Source of the DNA: Pseudovirgaria hyperparasitica
Taxonomy: Eukaryota
DNA: 64,000 nt
Assembly (NCBI GenBank): GCA_010093815.1
Contig: ML996591.1
Direction: 5' to 3' (one strand)
Positions 1 through 11,600 of the stretch are shown here, piece by piece. The notes beneath the pieces are model-generated. The model worked only from the letters and a program-made list of their open reading frames with translations. It searched no databases and was not told the origin of the DNA. Positions within the stretch are counted from its first letter, which is position 1. Every line of letters starts with the position of its first letter. Made by a program: the position numbers and the translations under genes.

Positions 1-290
1 AACGTATACGTACGTCTAGAGGTCTAGAAGATTCCTATTATTAATTAAGAGAAGGATCTAGAATGTATAAGGAGGAATATATAAGGAACGGTCTCTCTAT
101 ATATTTAGTTCTCTCTCTATCTAGTCTTTACTTTAAGAATTATACTATATTCTTATTATCTTTAAGCTATACTCCGCCGATCCGTTTATTATATAATAGT
201 CTATTACGGCTAGATCCTATTATATAACTCTATTTAGATATATATTCCTTATATAAGGAATATTATATATCTATTTATACCTGCCCTTTT
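1..290. mobile_element. RIP-degraded repeat/transposon relic (partial, runs off the left edge)
   Basis: Very AT-rich, saturated with TpA and almost free of CpA/TpG until ~291, the classic RIP (CpA->TpA) signature. No ORF; element family not identifiable. Confidence 0.6.
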
Positions 291-1597
291 CACAGTTAGA
301 TCGGTGTTAGGACCAGGAACTGTGATGTGCATAACAAATTGGATAGAAAATATCTAAAGAATGGCTCTTTTTCAAGGCTTGTATGAGTCTATCGTAAGAT
401 ATCCAAAAAAGGGTTTTGAAGCTCTCGGGAAACTCATTGACCGCCATCGATTATTGCTAAGAGATACTATTATCCCGAAGCCAAATGAGCTCTTCTAATG
501 TAAGAACAACCTTATCTCATGTCAGACTACAAAGATACAACCCAATAAATCTCTGGGAAGAAATGTGAGTATGAATATGACCTGGTACATTAGAGAGGCG
601 AGAGCTTAGATCGGCCTAAGCTGTATAGATGTTATGTAATGGATAAAAGCCCTCTCGTAGAAGTTTATGTTCTAATTATACCTCGCTTGCGGAGATACAT
701 TGTTTGCTGCATATGTGCTCACATCCCGTCCTTGACTTCCGATATCATCCACTCAGCGTATCGTCTCCGGGCAGACACCATATTCCCGACTCGCAAGACA
801 TGAAACACTCTTTGCAGCTGTATGAGAGTCATGAGTATCACCGCTTTGGCACACATGACTCTGCACATGATGATACGACCGTGTTCGTGGGTAACACGAA
901 CCCGATGAATCAGTCACAACAGTCGTTCTGACAGTAAGATAGTGGAACAATGCGTGCTTCGTCACATGTTACGAGAATGGTCTACGTACGGATGTCATGC
1001 TACTAGGAGATGAATTATAACTTATTATCACAAGCTGAAGCGATTGGGTTTGCGGATTGAAACATGGCTTAAACGTTGATAAAACGTCTTGCTGTGAGCA
1101 TCGCGAGCACGTCGCATCTTGGGTGCCTACCCGGATTATGACACGATGCTCTATGTATCATATAGTATCCATTGCAATTTTACAAAGTGGCAGTCCGCAA
1201 AATCTCGGATAGTGACATAGTTTTGCATAATTTTCAGCCGTTATCTTGGCCTAACCCAGATAGGCGGACATGACTACACCGTACAATTGTCGAGAAATTC
1301 ACAAATCTGTATCTACTACTCGTGGGGACTTGGATCTGTACGTAACGATTCGATGCCTGTATGAGATATTTCAGATGTGTCTCGTCGATCGGCGTGGGAA
1401 TAGAATGATGAGACAATAGCGAAGGACACAAAGACTCAAGAGGCTCTCATTGGAGCACTTCATGAGCACATTAGAGTCATGCAATCAGTTCTGATGTACG
1501 CCCACACTAGTATCTATACCATGGTAGGTGCGTGATAATGTGGTTCTGGCCCCAGCACTTATTTGGTCAAACAAACTAACCTGAGGGAAAGAAAAGG

Positions 1598-1604
1598 TAT
1601 AAAA
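1598..1604 (+). promoter_or_regulatory. TATA box of the small secreted peptide gene
   Basis: TATAAAA ~105 bp upstream of ATG 1708. Confidence 0.45.
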
Positions 1605-1707
1605 CCCATGCATATACTGTACACAAAGGCATAGGTAAATCTACGGTCTACTTCTTTCGACCACTAAATAAGCGATCTGATACACGACATAATTAATACC
1701 TTTCGAC

Positions 1708-1946
1708 ATGAAGACAGTATTGCTACTTCTTTCAATCGCGTTAAGCGTAGCTGCCGCCCCGGTTGATGCATGTGAGTGTTACCAGTAAAATCAATCCAAG
1801 TCCATCTCGGTATGCTAATTATTCTCATAGCTCACGAGCTTGTTGCGAGACAAGGAAACAGTGGCGTTCGACCTCGACCATGGCGCCTGCTTGAGGCTAA
1901 AGACATTGTCGCAAGACAAACAGTGGAATTCGACCTCGGCCTTTAG
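1708..1946 (+). CDS. Small secreted repeat-peptide precursor (59 aa, KEP-like); second repeat frameshifted
   Basis: Exon1 1708-1771, intron 1772-1830 (GTGAGT...GCTAAT...TAG), exon2 1831-1946. Spliced product MKTVLLLLSIALSVAAAPVDASHELVARQGNSGVRPRPWRLLEAKDIVARQTVEFDLGL* has a clear signal peptide and duplicated xVARQ motif. Not in the ORF track. Confidence 0.75.
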
Positions 1947-2925
1947 CAGACAGAGAAAATAAAACCTCGTTAGATGGCGCATAAGGCTGTCAGTCGACAC
2001 GGTTGGGACTTATGATGGTGCGAAGAAGCAAAGATATTGTACATCGCTGCGAACGTTCATTGGGTTTACCACTTTTGCGCGGAGACATCAAAGAGTACTG
2101 GATACCAGATAGATCATCTATACACAGAGTAGAGAGCTTGGATAGCAAAATACTCTGGTTTCGACTATAACGATCTCATTTCAGTCTTTATTGGTCAGAG
2201 CCTCGATCGATATGATAATCCTAGATATCGGGTGATGTCGTCATGTAGTGGTAAGTGTGGGAATGAAAGAGTGGTCAGCAGGCTATCAAATCCTCTTCCA
2301 GAATGCTACAAGGCTAGCACAATGTGAAACGATGCATTACTCACATGAACAACTCGTGTTCAAGGATCATCCCATAACTCCAGCCCTGCGACGGCGATAA
2401 GGTCACTGTGACCGCTCCATTGGTGCTTCCGAAAAAACACAGTTACGGCAAGGGGCTTTCTCTTTACATGAAACGCAGCATCTCTTTCCAGCGAGCATTA
2501 GGTATTGTTTGCTTTTATTAATAAATGTCGGGTGATCGGATCGGGATACTTGGGAGATGGTCGGAGTTGAACCGCGTGGCGTGGGCATCCATCCGGATCC
2601 TTCCCGCTACCACTGCAGCCTCCATTTGGGTTCATACATCCATGCACGGCCTAAAATCACACACTTGGCTCGAGCTTCCAATAACGTGGCTCCTGGGTGT
2701 CACTCTGGTAACAATGCATACTGTAGCAACCCGATTTGATGCACGTGGACCTGCACACTGTCTCGCGAATTTACGGGTGACAGAAGATACTGGAGATGGA
2801 CATATCGATCAAGCCGTCATTTCAGATCTATACAGTGACCGATATGGCGTGAGAGCGACGTCAAGACATGGATAAAAGCAGTATAGAGGAAGACGAATGT
2901 CGTTGTGTACCATGTATGCTATGAC

Positions 2926-4282
2926 TCAGGGATCAAAATGCCAAGCAACCGCACCTGTTTTCGTGCCTTCCTTTGGTAAAAATTTTACAAGCTGCCCATA
3001 GCGGATGATATCTTTACTGAAGACCTGATGCATAATATTGCGCACTCCTACCAGGGGAAACACATACTGATCGATCATGTATGAGAGCCATGATGGCCAT
3101 GTGGTTCCATCGACGGCTTTGGTGGTGAGATCTATCGCATTCCTAGAGGGTTTCTCTACTTGCGCCCGGTACGTTTCGAAAACGTTCGTGAGAGACGATG
3201 TTGGCGGCGAGCTGCCTTCGCGATCAATCAGTTCTTCGAGACCGTTGATCAGGGAAACAACATGCATTGCTCCGATATTAAACCCCATGCCAGCGAAGGA
3301 CTCCATACTGGTGACAGAGTCTCCAGCCATGACGATGCGGTCGTGGTACCATAGATCCGAAAAGCCGGTTTCTTGGTCAGTCAAGATTGACCATTGGGAC
3401 TTTTTCCATATCTCGCCAAAAGTCACGTCTGCGAAGATAGGTTTGTCTCTCCAGGCGTCTACGAACTCCTGCTTCTCCTCCTCTGTATAGTGTTTTCGCT
3501 CAATTCTAGCTTTGGGTAGGCGCCTAGCAAGCACAAAGATCACTGTCTCTGCATTGGCACATGATTGGGCACCTAAAGGGCTCGACCTTGCTTCATAAAG
3601 AGTGCCTATCTCGCCTCGACCAGGATAAGGAGCATAGCCATACAATGTTTGGATATGTCGAGTGGTGGAGAGACCTTGTGTTTGGAGGCCGTTCTCTTGA
3701 GCTAACTTCTGCGCAGTCCTCAATGTATGGCTGTAGGTACCATCGCAGCCTAAAACAATAGAACCATTTTCGACGGAGCCATCATTAAGGAACACACGCA
3801 CGCCATTGGCGCCTGTCTTAATGTCGGAAATATTTGAGTTCAGTCGTATCGTTTCTCCGTGATTCTGAAGAGAATCACGTAAAAATCCGACTAATGCCTT
3901 CCGAGGCAGGTAGAGGCACGGGTAGCCATGGCTGCATATATCAGTCAATGATTATACAAAAAGGGTGAAGATCAAGGGCAACTGACTTATTCATCCAGAG
4001 TGATCCAACCTCGGTGCGTCTACATGTTTTTCCACCTATCATACGATCTTCTTTGAACTCCATAGGAGTCGACAGGGCTATCAACTGCTCTAGAAAACCA
4101 AGCTGCTCAATAACACGCAACGTACTCCCTTGCAAAAAGATACACGCACCGCCTTCTGCGGCAACCGTTGAACTTTTCTCAAGAATGACATACTTGATTT
4201 TGGCCGCAGTAAGGAGGTGAGCAGCTAGGAGTCCAACAGGTCCTCCGCCGTTAATAATGACACGAAAGTCGGTGTGCGACAT
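2926..4282 (-). CDS. FAD-dependent monooxygenase (group A, PaxM/CtvC-like epoxidase/hydroxylase type)
   Basis: Exon1 4282-3987 (VIINGGGPVGL Rossmann motif), intron 3986-3932, exon2 3931-2926 with GCDG and GD motifs (AGDSVTSMESFAGMGFN). Confidence 0.9.
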
Positions 4283-5220
4283 ATTGGTCCTGGTAGAGTG
4301 TGATATGATATCAAAAGGCACGGGGAGTTGTACGAGAAGAGTTTGTGAGTGCCGTTCTACACGAACCCGATCGCTCTTTGATGCGACTCGAGCACGTCAC
4401 GCTAAGTCGCGAGTTATGGTTCGATATATTTATAGATCCTTGGTATCTATACAGCACGCCATTAGATCTTCGAACGACCAACGCATACAAGCTTGCACTA
4501 GTTGTATGAAGGATCATAGCTTTCTGTTCCCAAGGTTCTCCTAAGATGGCAAGAAAGGAAGAACTGATGGTTCAACGCTACCCGGCACGTGGCTCCTATC
4601 CAAGCGTCATCCTTCCCGCTTATCGTCCGTCTCACGCTAGACATACTTCTGTATGGTAATACGGCCGAATGACAGCCCCAGACATCTGTGCGTTCGATGG
4701 AGTGTCACTAAGCGGCCCCCAGTCGCCCTGCCGGGTGGGATGAATCTGGGCGTAACACTCTATGAATAAGGACCGTAGAGTGCCAAGACATTGTAATTGG
4801 TCATTGTATAGACTTCCAAGCAACAACCGGAGGACATGGAGTGTGGGGGACCCTGTCTGTTCCGTACATAGGACAGTCGTGCCGTCGAACTGACCCACCT
4901 GCAACACATCATAGCTACAGCCAACAGCGAGCAGTGCACGACATTCCATCCGATTAGGTCGACGACTCGACATGCACGGTTGGGGGGACGGGGGAACAAT
5001 CGTTGGATTTTGGTAGCTGCGTAAGTTATACGATGGCTCAGAAACGTGACTTGGTGGTTGATGTAATGATTGTAATTCAACTCTAGACGACAATACATGT
5101 ACCCGAACACGAGAGAAGATAATTCATCTGGATATAATGTTGTATACATTCAAGCTTAAAATCATAATCATAGTCAAAATGCCTCTTTGATGCCCCAAAC
5201 AATATGGTGTTACAATGTTC

Positions 5221-6550
5221 TCAATTCCAATACTTAACAGGCTCAGCCGGCTGAGCTAGATCAGCTGTCATTGAGATCTCAGTCTGCTTGATGATACCAT
5301 CGTCCGGACGACACGGTCCGAGCTCCACGTCTTCATGCTCTGAAGGAGATCTCAACTTCCGTTCAGCTTCGTCCATTCGTCGGTATGACAATGCACCATT
5401 CCCTGATACAGTGGACGATGAGAATTTCGACCCTTTACCATAAGCATAAGTGCGACTCTTTAGACTTGTAAAGAAAGATGTCTTCATGATCGTTGCCTGG
5501 AAGAATCGCGGAAAGGTAGGCAAGCAGGCGCAAATCATCGTTGCGGTCACTTCGGCCACAGCCCAAAGTCCGAATTTGAGTCCAACGCGGGAGATATCAG
5601 GCGATATGTTCAGTTGTACAGTGTAGTATATCCTCACTGCAGAGCATCCACAGACACTAGTATAGGTTAGCATTTCTTGTTTGTCTGCTCGATGGTTCCG
5701 TGACTTACAAAGCTGCAGTCATGAAAATCAGTGCGATCTGCAGACGTTTTTGCCACGGCATCCGGAGCTTCCAAATGGCATATTGAGGAATGAGGATAAT
5801 GACGATATCGCTCACAATGTTGAAAATGGCACACGTCAAGTAGATTGCGTTCTGATCAGCGCATTCGCCACGAAGGAAGGGTTCCCAGGCTTTCTCTCGT
5901 GGATTGCACTGGAAGATGACAACAAACACATTTACCAAATAGTACAGAAGCACAAAAATACCAAAACTCCATGTGGACCACCACATGAAGTCGGACTTTT
6001 TGGTAGGCGCAAATATGGTGCGCAACTGGACACAAATTGAAAGTTTGACCAGCGCGAGCGTAGCGGAGTATGTGCCTGCCGCATATTGGAAATACTGCAT
6101 TATCTTAACACAAACCTGAATGATTCGATGCCTGTTTCGCATACCTTTCCAATGAGTATCATATTCTTTAGTTGGACATTCCATTGGTGTCGCCCTGCAC
6201 CATGAAAAGCGAATGCGCAACTGAAAGCGTTCATAAGGATGAAAGTTGACCATCCGAGAAGTAGAATCCCTTCGAGTATCAGTTCTACGACCATACACCT
6301 GGTAGCCTAGACACCACTTACAGTCATCCCAGGTCGCTCTTCTTATGATGGCCAGCTTGGTATATATGCGCGCAAATACCAGGAATGTAGCGATCACGAT
6401 ACAGACAATCGTTGTCCCAACAAACACCTCAGTGAGGTCTGGCGGATTAACAAAGTTTGGTACCACGCCTGGAGGAGGCGCCAACGCCGGACCTTCCAGC
6501 ATGCCTGGAGGCAGAGTTTGTCTGCGAAATATGATATTGGAAGAAAACAT
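5221..6550 (-). CDS. Fungal rhodopsin-domain / PTH11-like (CFEM-less) integral membrane protein
   Basis: Four exons (introns ~6321-6270, ~6144-6095, ~5708-5660). Motifs PPPGVVPNFVNP, GAGRHQWNV, KLSI, QCNP..KAW, NIVSDIVIILIP, EVTATMICACLP; multiple TM helices. Confidence 0.88.
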
Positions 6551-7336
6551 TTTTCTCTGGAGGAGGCAAACTGAACTGCTAGCTGTTAGGAGTGAATAGT
6601 TGATGGCTATAAGGCTGCTCGTTAGTCCTTCCAGTTACCAGATCTGTCAAAATAGTAACAGCCTTAAGATTTACATTGCATGAGCAGACATGGTTGTGTG
6701 CATAGTTGCGTTTCACCACGGGCCTCAATAACAATGATGAGTAGACAAGGTACCGAGGGATAGTCGCTTTCGGCAGCCTGCCAATGCCATTGATTGGATG
6801 AAGTCTGCCGGACCTGATGGCATACCATGTGCTCAGCGTATGAAGGTCCAGGATTACTGCAGCAGAAACAACTTGATGCATCCGGGACTTCAGGTTGCAG
6901 GTACAAGCACTTGAGCAACAAGCAAGGTTGTTGTCGAGTCGTGGATAGTTAGTCCAATATAGCACGCTTAATGTGGCTTAGCGCCGTGTTGTGCGCGTCT
7001 TGCTGCGTCTCCCTGCGTCTAGCGACGGGCTAACCCGAATTGGAAGCCACGCCGGCTCGGCGAGCCCCTCGTAGATAATGTAAAACGGCTTGTCAAACAA
7101 CCTTCCTCAAACCTTCCAGACGTCTCTCCGACCTTTTCCGTTCACTACCAGTGTTTCATACGGCACTTACTGCACGGCATCACAGTTACACGCTCTGCTG
7201 TGGTGAATACTAATGTCCGGGTTCAGTTTCTACCTGTCTTACGCCCTAAATCGACATCAACTACGAATTGATCCCTACCACCATGCATCATTGTCCTTGC
7301 ACTGACCGCCAGAAGTCCTCAGAGCCGTAGTGGGTC

Positions 7337-8131
7337 TTAGCTTGCTCGCATATTTGACTTCTCCACAGATGCGAGCATCCTTTCGATAACGTGGACCGTG
7401 CCATTGAAAGCGACACTATCCCTGCCACCAGGAATCTCATGACCCCCATCATGAGCAAAGACATGGCGCTTGCTCGCCTTACACATTTGGGCTAGCTGAG
7501 GTGCTAACTCTGGCTCTTCATCCCTCGCCCCCCAAATGTGGGCTGTGTAGAGCTGAATATCTGTATCGGCGGTCGCCTGCTGGTCGGGTATGTCCACGAA
7601 CGGTGGTCGTCCACAGAAGAAGATGGCACATTTGAATGGCGCCGTGCCGTTTTGTCGATTCTGCTTGGCAATCATAAACGCCGATGCAAGAGAGGTACCC
7701 TGAGAGAAAGCCATTACACCGTCAAATGGCCCCTCGTCTGCAACGTAACTTCCTAGATCAGTCACGGCCTTGCTAAAGGAGATAGGATCGGATGGCTTGT
7801 AGTAGACGAAATGCTCATCGGCCGGGTTGGACAACTTCTCAATGGCTTGTCTCTCAGTCATAATATGGTTTTAATCAACTGTAAGGGCTCTTACCTCGGT
7901 GCATAGGTGCTTGCACAACCCCTTGAACGAAATGATAACTATGTCCCGGCCCAAGTTCATGCCGCAAAGCAGCTTCAGAGCGTCAGTCCTTGTTTCCAAA
8001 GCCTTGTGATCAGACCTACCAGTCTGGCTTTCGAAGATCTACAATCTTCAACGTCAGCTCCGCTCAAGCCGGAGTTCTGGAGCTCTTACCTTGCTGGATG
8101 TACCTGCACCATGCAGGCAAAGAAACCGCAT
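7337..8131 (-). CDS. FSH1/DUF341 serine hydrolase (LovG-like trans-acting thioesterase/esterase)
   Basis: Exons 8131-8090 (MRFLCLHGAGTSSK), 8038-8020, 7972-7895, 7845-7337. Nucleophile motif GPFDGVMAFSQG, HIWGARD (Asp), HDGGHEIP (His). Divergent from the PKS. Confidence 0.92.
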
Positions 8132-8248
8132 ATCGTTCCAGTGGCTTGTCAATTCGGAAAGACTGAATTAGTCAAAGTGCATAATGAGTACTTCAATCCG
8201 TACTAATCGCTGCGGCCCCATGTTTATACCCATTCAACCGGCAGGAGC

Positions 8249-8281
8249 CGGACTATCAACGGACCTATCACGGACTATCAA
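8249..8281 (+). promoter_or_regulatory. Three tandem 11-bp direct repeats (CGGACTATCAA / CGGACCTATCA / CGGACTATCAA) in the hydrolase-PKS bidirectional promoter
   Basis: CGG triplets at 8249, 8260, 8271 (CGG-N8-CGG-N8-CGG), typical of Zn2Cys6 binding sites; each unit also contains a GATA core on the minus strand. Confidence 0.55.
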
Positions 8282-8677
8282 GGTGTCAATGCCTGACATC
8301 ACAACTGGCAAGCACTTCTTGGAACGGTTCCATTTTTGTTGACAGGGATCATGACGGAATCAGAATTACCAATTTAACCTTAATCGGTAACAAGGTGCTA
8401 TCATCTATCGACAAACTAGCCAAGTTGAAGCTCGCCCAAGTGGTTTCATCAGATCTATTCCCAGGAAAGTCTCCTTCAAGTTCCTCTCTGAACTCTTATC
8501 CTTATGCGCTTCAGATTCACTTCTCTACTTTGTTAGAATCGGCATATCAATTATTTCACGCAATCGACCCGTGGATTTGGGAGTGTTCAATATTCACTCT
8601 CTTGGCCAAGACCAGGTGTCCTTGTCTACTGGTCAGTGGTCAGTGGCGCACTGCGTTCGCATCTTTCAGCTCTCGTC

Positions 8678-11600
8678 ATGTCACCGGGCCGACTATTGGG
8701 GCATGATGACCGTGTTGAGGATGAAGCTTTCGATGAGGACGTAGATTTCCTGGAGCCTATCGCCATTATCGGATTCTCTTTGAGGTTTCCTCAAGTAGGA
8801 TCTTCTGCCGAAAAGTTCTGGGAGCTTTTGAAGACGAGGCAAGATGCCATGACAGCCACTCCCCCAAGTCGATTCAATGTGGATGCTTTCTATCACCCGA
8901 CGAAAAAAGACGCACTGAATGTAAAGGGTGCAAACTACATTCCCGAAGATGAACCCCTGGATGCCTTCGACAACGGTTTCTTCGGGATATCCCCGGCTGA
9001 GAGCCATGCAATCGACCCAGCACAACGGATCCTACTTGAGACCTCTTACCGTGCATTTGAGAATGCAGGTCTACGAATGGAGGATCTTAGGGGCACAAGA
9101 ACCTCCGTGCACACGGGATGCTTTTCGAGTGACTACTTTACCATGATGATGAGGGATTCTGATTACCTACCCACGTATGGGGCACTTGGGGTCTCGCTCT
9201 CTATGCTGGCGAGTAGAATCAGTTGGTTCTATGACCTTCGTGGCCCATCTGTCAACCTAGACTCTGCATGTTCTAGTAGCGCTATGGCCATCGATATGGC
9301 TTGCCAAGGACTGAGGACAGGCGAATCAACACTAGCAGTCGTTGCTGGTTCGAGTCTTCTTTTCGATCCCGACTATTCGCATATCCTGGATCACATGCAT
9401 ATGCTCTCCCCCGATGGGAAGTCGTTGTCCTTTGATGAGAAGGCCAATGGATATTCACGTGGAGAAGGTGTGGCTGTGTTACTACTGAAACCTGTATCAC
9501 AGGCTGTTCGGGATAATGATACAATTAGGGCTATCTTCCGTGCAACTGGATCAAATCAGGATGGTCGAACTCCAGGAATCACACAGCCTAGCAGTACTGC
9601 TCAAGCTGAGCTCATCCGTCGAACATATCGCAATGCTGGACTTTCTCTGAAGCACACCAGATATTTCGAGGCACATGGTGAGAGATATTATGCCTCTGAT
9701 ATTGTTGACTTGCTGATTCATGATTCTGTGTAGGAACCGGAACTCCAGTCGGAGATCCAATCGAAGCTAAAGCTATCAAGTCAGTTTTCCAATGGGACAG
9801 AGATACTACAGATCCTCTCTATATTGGATCTGCGAAGTCCCACATAGGTCACCTCGAAGGTGCTGCCGGAATAGCTGGGGTGATCAAAGCTATCATGATT
9901 CTGGAAAGCGGTGTCATTACACCGATAGCCAATCTCATTAATGTCAACAAAAAGATCGACCAGATTGATTCTTGTCTTGCATTTCCCAAAGCATGTGTTC
10001 CGTGGCCCCAAAATACAGAAATCAGGAGAGCGAGTGTTAATTCTTTCGGCTATGGAGGCAGTAACACTCACCTGGTACTTGACGATGCGCAGAGCTATCT
10101 TCTCCGAAATGGTCTTTATGCTCATCATAACACATACCCTCTTGTCACGGCATCTGAGATGAATGATTGGAATGAGGTCTCAAATCATTATTCAGACTTG
10201 CGCCATGACAAGGGCAATCAACCAATGGTCTTATTATTTTCTGCACATGAATCTTCAGCACTTCAATCCATGATAGTGGACTGGCAAGAGTACAGCAAAA
10301 AAAGGAGAGGACCAGATCAGCATCCAGTGTCTATTCGAGACTTGGCATATACTTTGGACACACGACGTAGCCGACTATCATGGTCTGCCGCCATATGTGC
10401 CACAAGCCTGGAGGATTTGGTTACGGTCGATCCCAGATCAGTGACACGCATACAGAAAAAGTCTGACACCCCTCGACTCGCCTTCATCTTCACAGGCCAA
10501 GGTGCTCAATGGTGTGCGATGGGCCGTGAACTTTTTGAGTATCCAATGTTTGCAAGGTTTATCGATGAGGCTGATAAACATTTGCGAGCCCTTGGAAATG
10601 TTTGGTCCGTAAGAGAAGAGCTATGGAGATCACCGGATGAAAGCCGCGTTGACCAGCCCGAGATTGCTCAGCCACTCACTTGCATTTTGCAAATCGGGCT
10701 TGTTGACCTCCTCTATGAAGCGAATGTCCGGGCGATGGCAGTAGTCGGCCACTCTATGGGAGAGATAGCGGCGGCATACTGTAGCGGTGCTATATCTAAG
10801 GCATCTGCTTTGCGACTTTGCTATTACAGAGGTCTTTACGTATCCAAAGTCCAAGAAAGGAGCACTATGAAAGGAGGAATGCTAGCCGTAGGAATAGGGG
10901 AGAGCACACTCGAGCCCTACATGAAACGACTGCGCTGCAAAATTCCAGACTTCAACATCGCCATCTCTTGCTTCAATAGTCCGAAAAACCTGACTTTGTC
11001 CGGCCCACTCGACCAACTGAACATGCTTCGCGTAGAACTTCAATCTCATGGAGTATTTGCCAGAGCTGTACGCGTCAGTGCTGCTTATCACTCGCCGCAG
11101 TTGGAATGTATCGTAAAGGATTGTTTAGCCCAATTTGAAGGCCTGAAACCGGGAACGAGGTATGACATACCCATGATCTCAACCGTCACTGGATTGAGGG
11201 TCTCTCATAATCAGTTACGGGACCCTTCACATTGGACCACGAATATGATTCAACCAGTAGAGTTTACCGCGGCTCTTACCACGCTTTGTCTACAAGGCCC
11301 AAAGAGCTTGACGCCGAAGATAGACGGTAGTCATCATCGGGCCGTTGTCGTAGACCATCTGATCGAAATCGGCCCACATGCCGCGCTTAGCCTCCCGGTT
11401 CGTGAGATACTGGAGACGCTTCCACGGCAAAAAGATCTTCAGTATAGCTCAGTACTCTATCGCAATCAGTCTGCAAGCAAGTGCCTTCTTCAGCTGGCAG
11501 GAAAATTAGCCTGCGAAGGCTTTCCAGTGGATCTAAGATTCCTGAACGAGCTAGGAGAGGACAATCTGGATCAACCTAAGGTTCTCCCTGACGGACCTCA

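Noticed and set aside
704..1431. Short ORFs left of the peptide gene (also 2403-2875)
   Set aside because: Mostly non-ATG starts, no motifs or signal peptides.
1708..1946. Peptide precursor as an alpha-type mating pheromone or dikaritin RiPP
   Set aside because: Lacks the WC..GxxCW-like pheromone core and KR sites; no DUF3328/UstYa gene in the window.
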